From NCBI RefSeq assembly GCF_021028975.2, contig NC_059433.1, positions 44,764,001 through 44,828,000 of the forward strand: a stretch of DNA of 64,000 bases, read 5' to 3'. Both the position numbers and the translations under genes were made by a program. This document shows positions 12,366-25,370 of the stretch, one piece after another. The notes below the pieces were generated by a model. The model was not told where the DNA came from. It saw only the letters and a list, made by a program, of their open reading frames with translations, and did not search any database. Source of the stretch: Sphaerodactylus townsendi. Taxonomy: Eukaryota. How positions within the stretch are numbered: position 1 is the first letter of the stretch; the number at the start of each line of letters is the position of its first letter.

Positions 12366-13959
12366 ACAAAATAACCAAACTATAATTGGTTGATCTGTGT
12401 GTGGGGGGGAGGGGGGGTGACACTGAGATTAGATATCCTGTTTACCATGATTTCCAAGCAGCATGTTCAACCCAAAACAGTCCCTCAAAGAAAGATATAG
12501 GGCATTCCAAATCATGGAAGGCACAAAGTAATTCTATATACAGAAGGTGCTATGCTAGTAATCACAAATAGGATAAACACTGAATGTTAATCTCTTTCAA
12601 CCAATTTGAAAGAAATTAATATCAGGTTTTAAAGGGCATTATAACTAATTTATTCCCAGTCTTGCAGCCCCCCCCCCCACCGCTCTATTATCAGTGCAAT
12701 TGTTAGCTAGAAACTATGTGTAAGACCTCCAGTTGTGCTAGTAGTGCAAGCAATCTCTACTCCACAGAAATCAAAATAATAAATGAAATAAAGGGAAAAA
12801 AGAGGGAAATGGAAAGTCAGAAATACAATGTTGTCCAAAAGTTGTCCACTATGAGGTTCTCCTGGTTTGATGGGCAGCTTCATCCAGAGTCCCCAACAGC
12901 TGGGGATGGCGCTGCTGTGGTGTCAGGGAGGGGGGAAAAGCAAAAAAAAACAACCCCCACATTCTGTGACTGGAAATCGTTCCATGGAGTGAAGGGTGGT
13001 ATAAGTCCAGACCATGGAGCAACTAGCTGCAAATCCAGGGTGGAAGCCAACTAATATCAGCTCCATCCCTGGGAACACCCCTCCACCTCCCTTCCTGGAA
13101 TTCAAGTGGGGTGCCAGGACAGATTTACAGTGACTTCTAGGTTTCACTATTGTGGAGGTGAGAGGCAGCCAGCTGCTGGCACCTTTGTCCCCTCCACCAG
13201 TACAGGTGCCCCTTGTGCTGGTGGCATCAGCTGAACCCTGTACCACCTCCACAAGTGGATTTCTCCTCCCCTCCCAATCTGGATTGACTGTAAGGTTCAG
13301 ACATTTACTAATAATGTTGATTTATCAAAGGAAGATATTCTATAAGCATAGCAAAACGGAGAAGCAAAAAACCAGATTTTAATTTGCTGGAGTTTGGCTA
13401 CAAAATGCTGAAGTTCAAATATTTCCTTTGAGATTAGTGGGGTAACAAAGAATTTACTATACTGGGACACATTGTCAATGCCAGTCAGGTAACCATCAAC
13501 AGGGTCTGTGTGGAACTTGCAGCCATGAAACTCCTTTGGGTCACTGTAGAGGTCTAATCATTTGAGCAATTACTCTTAATTAGATTCAGAATCAATTTTT
13601 AGGATAATGGCACACACCTAGACTGGAATTCTATAACAAACTTCCATTTTCCATAATCTGCAGTGTACCATTGTTCAGTTTGCACTTTAAATGTTTATGG
13701 TTGTAATTCCACCCCTAACGCAGTCTTTCAAGGATGTGGATAGATTTTTTTATCCTTTTTTATATTTAAGGTTTTTTTTTAAAAAAAAATCTGAATCTGA
13801 ATTTGATGATCAAGATTTAAGGTATTAGTTTAGTTATTGCACTCTTTATTTATTTCAATTGGTTTGAAGGGAAAATATATTTCCAGTTGCAATTTTTTGG
13901 TTTTTTAACCCATTGGGATAAATTTTTCAGGACTGTATCCTGAAGGCATGCCAGGCTAC

Positions 13960-14157
13960 TGTATTCAGATGGCCTCACCTTTTGACCTCACAGTATATAT
14001 ACTCCACTTGCTTTCCATTCCTACCATCAGATCCTCTGAAGATGCCAGCCACAGATGCAGGCGAAATGTCAGGAGAGAATACTGCTAGAACACGGCCATA
14101 TAGCCCGGAAACCACACAGCACCCCAATGATTCCGGCCGTGAAAGCCTTCAACAATA
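13960..14157 (+). mobile_element. Penelope-like pLTR / 3' end fragment
   Basis: Close match to 7830-7950 and 57670-57838, ending gaaagccttcaacaata. Confidence 0.85.
14032..14074 (+). ncRNA. Minimal type-I hammerhead ribozyme motif (best-preserved copy)
   Basis: Stem I TCCT/AGGA, core CTGAAGA(T), stem II GCC.GC/GC.GGC, GAAA, and cleavage triplet GTC. The stem-III palindrome ACGT is changed to ATGT. Confidence 0.65.
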
Positions 14158-14980
14158 AATCAGAATAATCTCAATAAACAATAGAAAATAAAACTTTTTC
14201 TTCCTTGATTTATTGTTGTCTGATAACTGTACTTATTGTTTTGTCATATAGACAACTCACTGAAAATTCAATCCCGCATGTTGAAAAAAAAAAACTAAGA
14301 ACAAAAGAGGGTCATACAAAAATTGCATACAAATAGATTGGATCCAGAAGAAAAGTTTAGGGAAGGAGTGAGCACAGCTGATAATTTCCCACTCTTCTTT
14401 GTCCTGAGCAACCTGCCATTTATTATGAAACTACTCTCTGAGAACTGAAAAGCCTTATAGGTAAAATATACCCCAGGATGGGGCACAGCAGAGATGAAGG
14501 GGGAACAGATAAAATTGCACCTTTCTGTCTTTAATTTATGCAAATCACAAATGGATTAAAAGGTGATTTTACCAGATCCTTCTTGTTGCTTTAGCATCTT
14601 ATTCCCCGGACCTTTTGCTCTACAGATTCTCAGATAAGAATTTTGGGACAAACAGCAGGCTGCTAGACTAGTAGAAGGCAGGGAAAGATCAACTTTGATA
14701 ACTTTTTTCTTGAACCAACCCAATGTTTACAAGAAGCAAGAAAATTGATCTAAAGAGAAAAGATACTAACCAAACAAAATGTGTGCTTGGTTGAGTGATC
14801 TGAAATCAATGAGAGTTCATGAGAGTAATAGGTTAACATTAATGAACCTCCGCCTGCAAAGCTTTGTAGCTCTTAGTTTTTTTACAGTTTTCACTCCACT
14901 AGAGTTTTCCTAAGGCTAATTTAAAGACCTTTTCCCCGTGTGCCAGTGCAGAATCTGCATTTGGTTGCCCTCTGTGAATG

Positions 14981-15047
14981 TTGTGGGCTGAATGCTCATA
15001 TGCAGCATCTTATTGTGGGCTGAATAGCTCATATGCAGCATCTTATT
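14981..15047. repeat. ~32-bp tandem duplication
   Basis: ttgtgggctgaat(a)gctcatatgcagcatctta occurs twice. Confidence 0.9.
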
Positions 15048-17217
15048 TCAGATCAAATCAGAGAAGAGGTATTATGGGAAATGGTGATTGATTCAGTGAT
15101 TCAGACAAGCATCATCATGAACTGGACAAATTCTGAATATGGTAACCTTGGATGTTATCACTATTTATATGTCAAAATGGTCCATAAATAAACCAGACAA
15201 TGTATAATACACTTCCAGTTTTAGGGGCAGGGGGGGATCAAGGCCCAAGAGGAACACACTGGAGAAAAAACAGCCCAATGCTTTTATTGAGCACAGCCAC
15301 AGGAATATCGGAGTATTGGAGCAGCACAGGGCATGAATACAGCGTCGGGCAGCCTGCATGCCAGTCAATAGCACCAACCATTCACCTAGCATACCTGCCT
15401 GGGGATCAACTTGGGATGGTAAGCCCTGGGATCTCTCAAGGCTGCAAGCCAATGCATAGATTTTTTGCCACTTGAGGGGAACAGCCATCCAACAACCTGC
15501 AAGCTGGGCATATCACTAATGGTTCTACTCTCAAGACCACTTACAAGAGTCCTCAGACAGGGTGAGGTAGGCACATCTGAAAAGAACCTGATCGAATACC
15601 CAAACTGCCACAACAAAACTTCTATGACCACATCCAATGAAGCAACCTACCACAAATGCCATGAAGCCAAATGCCCTCACCACATTCAACGAGGTGCACC
15701 TCATCCACCCAGAACAGAGCAACCTAATATTCAGATTCTGTGTTATCGAATCACCTGCTGCTTCCATGAGTTGTCCAGATGCCTTGCTTATCTATCTTCT
15801 TGAGATGTCAGCCCTGCCTGTTGAAATGTTCCTATGCCATTTGCATTGCTGCAGCAACTTCAACCAGAAGAATTTAAAGTCTAAAAAGCAAGAAAATATG
15901 ATCTGGAGACCCATGTCCATGATCAGAAAGAACTCCAAGTCTATTTGGTGGATGAGGTAGCTTTTGCCTAGGCAGATGATGGTGACTGATGTGACAAACT
16001 GTCCACACAAAGAATCTCAGCACACACCCATGGACCCAATCAAGGAGATCTGGAGCCAGCCAGCCCACCCAGGGCCAACTTCCAAATAGATGAAGCTGCA
16101 TACGTCCTGGTTTAGCACATAACCCAAACCAACTTTGCTACGTCCAAACTGAAGACAGAGGTTCTCCAACAACCAATAAACTGAGACCCTGAGTTCTGCA
16201 GCTTTGATGGTGGCCCCGATGCAAAAGTAGTGCACCCCAAAGTCTCCAGAAAGGAGGCCCAAGGCAGCCAGGACAGCCCACATGATACTGGCACATTGAC
16301 ACATTGAAACCTGATGAGGAGCTCATTGTCATGGATGAGAATGCCTGGGCCAAACAAGGCTTACTTGCTGAGGCCACTGGGAGGTATGCACAGGCCCCAT
16401 ATCACCTCTGGTCATTTTTGAACTTCAGCAGAATCAAGCAGAGCTCAGTTCCCCTGTAATGAAATGTCCTGCCTTCTGAGGGCACATCTGAAATGACTGT
16501 GGCATGAAGCTGACACTAATTTAATACTTCAGAAGGCCCCATAAAAAGTTAACATGAAAACAGGTCAGAACAGGGCAACCTCAAACCTGGATCAGTGGAT
16601 TGTGGGCAGCTGCTATATCAGCTTCCAAAGGACTATGACAGCAACAGTCCTGATGTCAGGCACTGGTGAGAGATTCCTCCTTCAATCCTCAGTAGCTCAC
16701 CAAGCTATGAATGCAATCCTTCCTCCCTGTGTCTGGGGAAAGCATGAGAGGCTGGTGATGATGTTCTCTTCCAATAAGCTTTTTATGGGCTGATGATCTG
16801 AAAGGGCTCTGAAACTTGGGACATTTTGCAGGCAGGGCCTGCTGAAGAAAGGAGAAGTGAAAAGCTCCTGTTGGGTTGTGGCACACAGGCCACAGATATT
16901 TGTATCCCAGTCCTTTAATTATTTATGAGGAGCTATTCTTTTTTGCTGCAGAAAAGAAAGCATTAATCTCAGCCTTTATTCAGTGAATTAAATTACAATC
17001 TATATCCTGAACTGTTGGGATCAAGAACTGTTATCTGTGAAAATATTCTTAACTCGTAGTTCAGTATGAATATGGTTATTTATATATTAAGGGCATTTCT
17101 CTAAAAGCTGTGAAGAAAATTGCAGTTCATTTGACTTGTTTTCACAATTCGTGGGTGCAGAAGGCTTTTTTTCTCCAGTAGAAAGTGAAGCAATATAGAC
17201 TGTTTATTACTTCAGGT

Positions 17218-17453
17218 GCCAGGGATGTCAGCCTCCAGCTAGGACCTGGGGTTCCCCCAGAATTACAGAGCATCCCCAGACTACAAAGATCAGTTCCCTT
17301 GGAAAAAATTGATGTTTTGGAGAGTGTACTGTATGGCACTGTACTGTACTGATGTCCCTGACTGTCAGGCCTGAACCTGACAGTTGAGGGGTGGTGGGCA
17401 TTTGCTTGGGAACTGTGAAGATTTCTTCGGGGGGGGGGGGGCTAGCAACCCTA
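17218..17453. mobile_element. hAT (Blackjack-like) non-autonomous element, degenerate
   Basis: Ends resemble (T)AGGGTTGCCA / GGCAACCCTA. It is related to the element at 54910-55608. Confidence 0.5.
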
Positions 17454-18136
17454 ATTGGTGCAGTTGAAAAGGTCCCAAACCATACAGCCTACCCACATTT
17501 GCAGAAACTGGGTAAAGCCTGATATATGACAGCAAGGAGACATGAGATTCCCAGAAAACAGATAAACGTGTCCTTGTCTGGTAATCGCATACATGAAAAA
17601 TCAACCCAGAGAGAAAAGATAGGCAAAAGTGACTAAAATGTATACTGGAATAAACAAGGGAAAGTTTTGTAAAAGAGGAAAAGTCATCCCTATTCAGGTG
17701 AGGATGCCTTGGGGCATGGCCAGTTAACTGTAAAGTTGAGGAAGGGAGAAGCTAAAAAAAATAGGTGAGCTTTCAGTTATACTGTAACTGGTGCAACTTT
17801 ACTTTTAGAGGGTAGCTGGGTTGGTCTTCAGTGGAAAAACTAGATTTGAGCCTGTAAAGACCAACATGATTATGGAGGAATGAGCTCCTTCTTTCACATA
17901 TGTGCAAGATCCTAGACCCCACTGGTGCAAGCGTCAAAATCTGAACTGTCATGATATGGTTTGAATGTTCAGTTGTAGAGGGAACTAGAAAGTGCCTAGA
18001 TGATATAATGGCAAGGCAAGATGTGACTGAATTAACTCACATGGTAGGCATGTCTCAGATCAGTTTACAACAGTCAGGAGATGAACTGATAGCCCTTCCT
18101 GGGCTCTTGATTAATATTAAGAAGATGAATGATTAT

Positions 18137-18277
18137 GGCCCCTTCCGCACATGCAAAATAATGCGTTTTCAAACCACTTTCACAACTGTTTGCAAGTGGA
18201 TTTTGCCATTCCGCACAGCTTCAAAGAGCACTGAAAGCAGTTTGAAAGTGCATTATTCTGCATGTGCGGAATGAGCC
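18137..18277. mobile_element. Short PIF/Harbinger-like MITE
   Basis: TIR GGCCCCTTCCGCACATGCA(A)AATAATGC / GCATTATTCTGCATGTGCGGAATGAGCC. Confidence 0.8.
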
Positions 18278-19661
18278 TTTGAAATTATTCTGCAGCCTTG
18301 TTTGAAAAATCAACCTGTGCAAGGTAGCTCTGGATTGCATTTATTAATTCATAAAGTTAGAAACATCTTCTTACCAAGTGTACAAGATCTGAGCATTTGT
18401 TCCGCATCTGCTGCAGGCATTTAGCCTGGGTGTGGCCAAGGCATCAGCCAAAGGGTTCTCATTCCTTTAGCTTTTAGCTCCTAGCTTGTCTTCCATGAGC
18501 CTGAGGTAGGTGAATTAATAAAACAAGCAGCAACCCATGATGGTGGAATATTATATTGCATATATTATCTGTTTATGTTTGTCTGCTTATTTCTGTTGTT
18601 CTGTTGTTCTGCAAGTTGCTTTCAAATCCCAAGATACAGGAGAAAGGAAGGGTATTAATGCCTAGGTAAATAAATCCAGCATTCAGGGTACAGCACATGG
18701 AAAGAACTTGCTGTGTTGCAATTGTGCAGATGCACAAAGTGTCCATCAATATGTAGTGGTTGAGAGGAACGGAGACTTGCTGCTGCACTCCTGATTCCTG
18801 CTCACTCATTGATTCAGCATAGTTTCAACATCAGAAAAGAACTTTTGTGAGTATTAGGTTTACAGAAAAGTATCCCTACCATTTGTTAGGAATGTCATAA
18901 ATAAGCATGTTGTACTTAAGATGATCCTCTCTTTTCATTAGTTTCTCATCAAGTACATATACTTCAGCTAAGCAAGTGTCTCTCTAATTAGGAAAGATTC
19001 TGCCATGAATTAATCATCTTTTGGGCCTTCACTTTCTACTAGTCATATATGATGAGAGTCAAAATATTTTACAACTTTAGAGCACACACACCTAACTCCA
19101 AAACAACGAAAAACACCAGAATTATAACCTTATGTAGTTTTCAGAAATGTTTCTTCTGAGTTAAACACTACATAATCAAAGTCAAGACAGACTATTGAAT
19201 ATCGTATAAAAGGAAATGCATTTTTTCAAAAAGAGTGGGAAAATAGGCCATTGAGATCAGATGCAGAAAGTCAAAATGAAAGTTTTAACATAAATAATGA
19301 GACAATGTTTTGGTACTTTCAAGTATCCTACCAGAATAATGATCATCTCTACTTTTATCAGAATAATCATCCTTTCTACTTTTACCTCCTGTTTCTGAAT
19401 TTCTAAAAAAGCTTATCCTAGCATAAAAAAGTCAAAAGCTTCATAAATAATAATAGCTAGGACTTTAAAAACACTTCATTAAATTTGTATAAGTTTTTAA
19501 TGCCAATCACCTGATAATATTATGCCTGAGATGAGAAAACTTTTTTTAGAGTTGTATGAAAAATTTGTAATCCTGTAATACAGGACAACTGGGACCATTG
19601 TTGAATCACAAAAATTCTTATAAATGTTTGTTCTTATTGTTTTTTGGAGGCAAGACACACT

Positions 19662-19830
19662 ATAGCCCAAGTTCATCAGATCTCAGCCACTAGTACTTGG
19701 TTGGTACTTGGATAGGAGGCCACCAAGGAAAGCTCTCCAGAGGAAAAAATAACAAAACCAACTCTGCTTTGCCAGGAAAGCCCCTTGCTGTGGTCACCAT
19801 AAATCAGTTGGAACTGCATGGTATTTATGT
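19662..19830 (+). mobile_element. 5S-rRNA-derived SINE (5S-Sauria-like), degenerate
   Basis: 5S-like segment ggtacttggataggaggccaccaaggaa followed by a Bov-B-like tail (gtcaccataaatcagttg). Confidence 0.6.
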
Positions 19831-20686
19831 ACATATTATTAATTGTTTGAGGTGAGATGTATTTATTTATTTATTTATCAAATTTATATCTTGTCAGGCT
19901 CATTTATTTTAAATATTAACAAGAGAAGTTCAACCTTGAGCCTCACTCCTTTGTTATTTAATTTACATAGCAATGATCTAAGCTTTTATATTTCCAGAGA
20001 TTAATTCCAGAGATTAATTTCTTGTCTATCTCATGTTAAACTGTGGTGTCTTTTGTATGTGGATGATACAGCTCTTCTCTCAAGATCCACAGTGTGTCTA
20101 TGTAAACTTATAGGACCATTAGACATCAGGTACTTCAAAGTGAGGTTTCCCTGTGCCTTTTTGTGCAGATTTGGAAAGTGTCTGTGCTGATCTACCATTC
20201 CTCCCCCCTCCCTTCCTTCCCACTGCCCTGCAGGCTCTCACAAACAAGCTTTAATAAAGCAACAATGGGGCTCAAGGGGGGAGGGATGGAGGAAAGGAAC
20301 CGTCATCAAAAAACGATGAGGCTCTTTGTTTATTTATTTATATGTTTTCTGCATTTGGCCCAGCAGTAATGAAACCCCAGCAGTAATAAAACTGGTTCGT
20401 GAAGGAAGGTGAGGGTAGAAAGGTAAGATGGGCAGGAGCATTTTGGGGAGATGTTTATTTGTTTTGACCTAATGTTCAATAGCTCCAGCAACAAAACATT
20501 AGTAGCATTTTTTTAAAAGCACCTCCCAATCATCCTAACATGATTGTCATCGTAACTTTCCAGATTATAGGTCCCAGCATCACTTCTCTATTCTAATATT
20601 GCCAGGAGTCTGCCCTCAACCCCATGGAACTCTTGGTAGTGGACATAGAAAGGGGAAGCATCAGTTGATGTCATGATGCTCTAGGA

Positions 20687-20812
20687 CAGGGGTCTGCAAC
20701 CTGCGGCTCTCCAGATGTTAATGGACTACAATTCCCATCAGCTCCTGCTGGCAGGGACTGATGGGATTTGTAGTCCTTGAACATCTGGAGAACTGCAGGT
20801 TGCAGACCCCTG
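20687..20812. mobile_element. Palindromic hAT MITE (126 bp)
   Basis: TIR CAGGGGTCTGCAACCTGC, near-full-length palindrome, perfect 8-bp TSD CTCTAGGA. Confidence 0.92.
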
Positions 20813-21687
20813 CTCTAGGAATACTTCAAAAGAATTTCCTAGATGTCAAGGTACCACTTCCAAGTGAAAGCCAGAAGTGACGCAGTGAGGTTGATTAACC
20901 TTACTCTCACATACACCGTTTCTCCCACTTTTCATCCAAGTAGTGGTGGGCTATGGGAGGCAGCAGTGGGAGACTTTCCACTATACCGAGTAACCCTACA
21001 TGTAACACTGCAGGTTCATTATTGTAATGGTCTTCAGCATGACCAGTATTAAGGTGATGGCGAACAAACAAAATACAATAATAAAAGTCCTGTGGGGCTT
21101 TTGAAAACCCAGAGAGGTGTGAAAACATGCTTATGAAACCTGTTTATGCTATTTCTATATTCATGAACATGAAAATGTTTTGAAATGTCTGAGTGTGACT
21201 GGACTAAGATGACAAATGCGTGGAAGAGGCTTAAGACCCATTCCTCAAAAGAAACTCCCCTAAACATATTAGGATTGGCACGGCTGATGGATTTATATAC
21301 ATCTGGGGATACAACTGAGCATTCTAGTACGTTTACATCTCCAAATTGCATTTATTGTATATGGAGAAAACTCTTATCAAAAATACCAAATGCAATTACA
21401 TTTTTCTTGTTTTGGCTTAATTCTCAGCAGAAATAATACATTTATAAGCCATTGTGCTCACACTAAAATTAGATTTACCTGCTAATGCTCTAGCAGACAA
21501 AATCTTATTCAAATGTAAATTGAATAAAAACTAACAGAAGAAATTGCTTTCTTGGGCTGTGCTTTCTTTTTGATGATGGATGGTTCACACCACCTGCCTT
21601 TCTAGTTTGACTCCCTTTCAGTTTTACATGCAGAAAGAAAGCAAGATAAATCTTCTGGTAAAATTTTGCAAATATGTATAGAACAGG

Positions 21688-21709
21688 AATGGATGGATGG
21701 ATGGATGGA
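21688..21709. repeat. (GGAT)n microsatellite
   Basis: Seen directly. Confidence 0.9.
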
Positions 21710-21980
21710 CTCATGGATACATAAGGATCCCTTTTGCTGTGTCTCCTTTGGGCCAGATTTATTTGAATATGTAGATTATTTGCCTTTTTTCTCTACCAGG
21801 GCTAAACAGCTGGAGAGAGAGTTTTTTATTGGAGAAATTGTATGTGCAGGCAGGGACCTATATTCTGACAAGTTCTATATTTAATTCTGCTGCTTGAACA
21901 ATATCTCATTGTTTTGCAGAATCTCTTCTCAATCTTCCCTTTTTAACTCTAAGACATGTATCAGAAGTGAACACAATCAG

Positions 21981-23665
21981 TGCAACTTATCCCTGAAATC
22001 AGGCTCCATCCCTGAAGACTGGAAGATGGCCAATGTCACACCAATCTTTAAGAAAGGATCTAGGGGGGACCCGGGAAATTACAGGCCAGTCAGTTTGACA
22101 TCTGTTCCTGAAGTAGAATTAATTAGAATCTTATAGGCTTAAGGAATAAAATTGTAAACCATGCAGAAAAGCAAGACCTGCTGTGAAAGAGTCATGAAAA
22201 CTTTTGCAGAAGACAAATCCTGCATCTCCTGGAAACTAACTAGAGTTCTTTGAGGGTGTATGGTATACTGGATAAGCTTGAGAACCAGTGGACATTGTCT
22301 GCATAGGTTTTGAAAAGGCTTTTGACAGGGTTCCTCACCAGAGACTAATGAGAAAACTCAGCAATGAAGGAATAGGAGGAGAAGTCTCTCCTATGGGTTA
22401 AAAACTGATTTGGAAACAGGAGGCAAAGGGGTGAAATTTCAAATGGGAAATTCTCACAATGAAGATATGTAAGGAGTGGTGTGTCCCCAAGGATCAGAAC
22501 AGGGACAGCAAGTGCTCTTCCAACTATTCATGAAAATGACATGAAGAAATTAAGGAGATTGAGTAGCACATGGTGGCTAAGGATTTTGCAGATGATACCA
22601 AAATTAATATAGAAGATGGCTGGTGAAAACCGCATGAGATTCTAGAAGAGCTCCAAGCCAGGACCTTGATAAATTAGGTACAGTGGGCTAAGAAGTGGTA
22701 AAGCTGTGAAGTAAAATTGTAGCTTAAAATGTAAAGTGATGCACATAGGGGCAAAAAATCCAATCTTCACATGCACGCTTCTGGGGTCCAGTGCTATCAG
22801 TCTGAGACCAGGAGAGGGATTTAGGCGTCTTAGTTGTGATGAACCCATGAGAATGGCAACTCTGTGCATGGCTAACAGCTATTGAAAAGAAACCAAGAAG
22901 CTCTCCATGCTGAGAGTCCTTGGGAAAGAAATTCCGATAATAAAACTGCAGGGATTGTGTGCCCTTATGCTAAAGCAGTGAATTAGCGATTGCATTTCAG
23001 TGCTGTGTCCAGTTCATTGCCACTTTGCATCTCAAAAAAAGGATAGTAGGGAGTTAGAAAAAGATACAGAGAAGGGCACTAGGGATGATTGAAGGATTGG
23101 AGCACCTTCCCTATGAGGAGAGAGCTGCATTTTGGGATCCTTTAGTTAGGAGAGGAAGCGTCAGAAGGAGGATATGATTGAAGTCCTATACAAGTGATTC
23201 ATGGGGTAGAAAATGTTGACAGAGAGAAATGTTTCTCTCTTTCTATCACAATACTAGAATGGGGGCATTTGTTTCAAGAAATGCTGGGGGAAAGAATTAG
23301 GACTAATAAAAGGAAGCACTTCTTCTGTGTGGTTAGGGTGGTTTAAGATATGCTACTTACACAGGAGGTGCATTTGTACTAACCTGGGACCACAGCTTTA
23401 AAAAAAGGGGCAGAGCCTGAATTTATGGAGGAGGAGAATCAGATCTATGGCTGCACAAATCTTGAGTCCTCTTTTGTGATCTGATTTGCAAATGCCTTAA
23501 CAAGACCAGGTTATAGGAACTGGCAACAGCCGCAGAAGGCCATTGCTTTCACATCCTGCATCTGAGCTCCCAATGGCACCTGGTGGTGAATTTTCAAGTA
23601 GCAGAGAGCTGGACTAGATGGACTCTGGTCTGAGCCAGCCGGCTTGTTCTGATGTTCTGATGTTC
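21981..23665 (+). mobile_element. 5'-truncated CR1 LINE (ORF2 RT region and 3' UTR), frameshifted
   Basis: Encodes CNLSLKSGSIPEDWKMANVTPIFKKGSRGDPGNYRPVSLTSVP, with downstream KAFDRVPH and FADDTK motifs and a (gatgttct)n-type tail. Confidence 0.95.
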
Positions 23666-23769
23666 TAATGATAATTCTCATTTTAGAAGAAGAATTTTAA
23701 AATACCCCACAATTTTAGAATACCCCACCTTTCTCTATTGAAAGAAGACCCAAGACATTAACAAAAAAG

Positions 23770-23990
23770 CTCCTTTTCACTTCAAAACACACAATGAACT
23801 AACAGTGGGTGGAGTGGGAGATAAGAGAGTTCTAAAGAACTGCAACTAACCCAAAGTCACCCAGATGGGATGTAGGAGTGGAGAAAAAATCTGCTTCACC
23901 AGATAAGACTTTGCCACTGAAGTGGAGGAGTGGAGAATCACACCCGGTTCTCCACATTAGAGTCCACCTGCTCTTATCATGCTGGCTGTC
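23770..23990 (-). mobile_element. Squam3-like SINE, degenerate
   Basis: Reverse-complement similarity to 9149-9471. Confidence 0.7.
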
Positions 23991-24899
23991 ATTTTAGATG
24001 TTACTGCTGTTCATTTTTCAGTTTGGATTAGTAACAAATATAATTTAAAAATGGAGCATTTTGAATAGGCTTTGAATATTTAATGTCTAAATGTACATCC
24101 CTACTGATCATGCATACATGACAGTTAAGATTTGTATAGAATTTTGCACATATCTTGTAACTGTGACATTTTTTGTGTATGTGCATGTGCAAGAAGTATC
24201 AAGAATTAAAGTAACAAGAATTAAATACACAGGAAGTGACCTTTTCCTCTGCATACATAAACCATAGGGCTGTCTGTCAAATTTCACCCAAGCCATCTGC
24301 TACACAATCACAGCAAATGGCAGAATATCTAACATGACTGAAGACCCATTCATTTTACCAAAATAGCATGGGAGCTTCTTTCCCAGATGTCCAGTAACTT
24401 TTAAAGGGAAATAATTATGTAGATCAGATGGCATTACCCTAGCCTTAACGTAAGCAGTTCCTACATAACATCAACTTTTGGCTATTCAAAAAATATAGCA
24501 TAAAATACAGTTGTAGAATTAATGCAGTTCCAAAGAATGTCATGCAGTGCCTTAAGCATAATAATTAATCATTTAAAAATATTAATGACTGGACAGTTCA
24601 AAATTTGTTGGATTATTGGTTCCCCCTCCACATTTTCTTATGCTTCAGTTACACAAGCAGCTACACTTGCAGGAAGATGGTTGCCAGTCGTTTAAGATTC
24701 AGATATTTAAAGTCTGGGCATGGCCGAACTTAGCCTAGGCTACCTGACACAACCTACAGCGAAATGTAACTTCCACCAAAAGGGGTCTTCAGCGCTTTTA
24801 GCCATCTGGTTTAGGTGGATTCATCCTGGTGGATATCAGCCCAGCCCATGATGTTTTGATTACCTATTTTTTCTGTTTATTTAAACTGTATATTTTAAT

Positions 24900-24965
24900 G
24901 CTGGCAAGGGCTGATGGGAATTGTAGTCCATAACATCTGGAGTGCCAAAGGTTCGCCACCACTGG
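24900..24965. mobile_element. Half of a small hAT MITE
   Basis: gctgatgggaattgtagtcc...ggttcgccaccactg, shared with the 20687 and 36630 elements. Confidence 0.7.
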
Positions 24966-25179
24966 ATAGGTATTTTTGTAAGAAACTTTGGGTCCGCACT
25001 AGAGTTGGGTTGGGGAGTTATAGTCATGTTGGACTTTATAAGACTTGGTAAATCTTCTCATCAGCTAGAGATGTAGACATTTAAAAAAATTTAAATACTG
25101 TGTGAGACTAATGTCCATCCTTGCCTCCAATTATTATTAAGAGCAGATTATATGCTTACTGATCTAGTATTGCATATGT

Positions 25180-25370
25180 ATGCATCATTTTGCAAACAGA
25201 GAAGATCTCATGCAGAAGATCCCAGGTTCAGTCTCCAATTAAAGAACTAGGATGTTGGTGAAGTGAAGGATTTCTGCATGAGACCCTAGAAAGCCACTAC
25301 CAGCCTTAGATAATACTGACTTGGATGGACTGAGGGTCTGATTTAGTATAAGTTAGCTCCATGTGTTCAC
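25180..25370 (+). mobile_element. Squam2-like SINE (tRNA head plus CR1-like tail)
   Basis: tgcagaagatcccaggttcagtctcc head and ggatggactgagggtctga...gctccatgtgttc tail. Confidence 0.6.

Noticed and set aside
19662-19740. 5S rRNA gene (also ~58690-58750)
   Set aside because: It is partial, degenerate and fused to a LINE-like tail, so it is a SINE.
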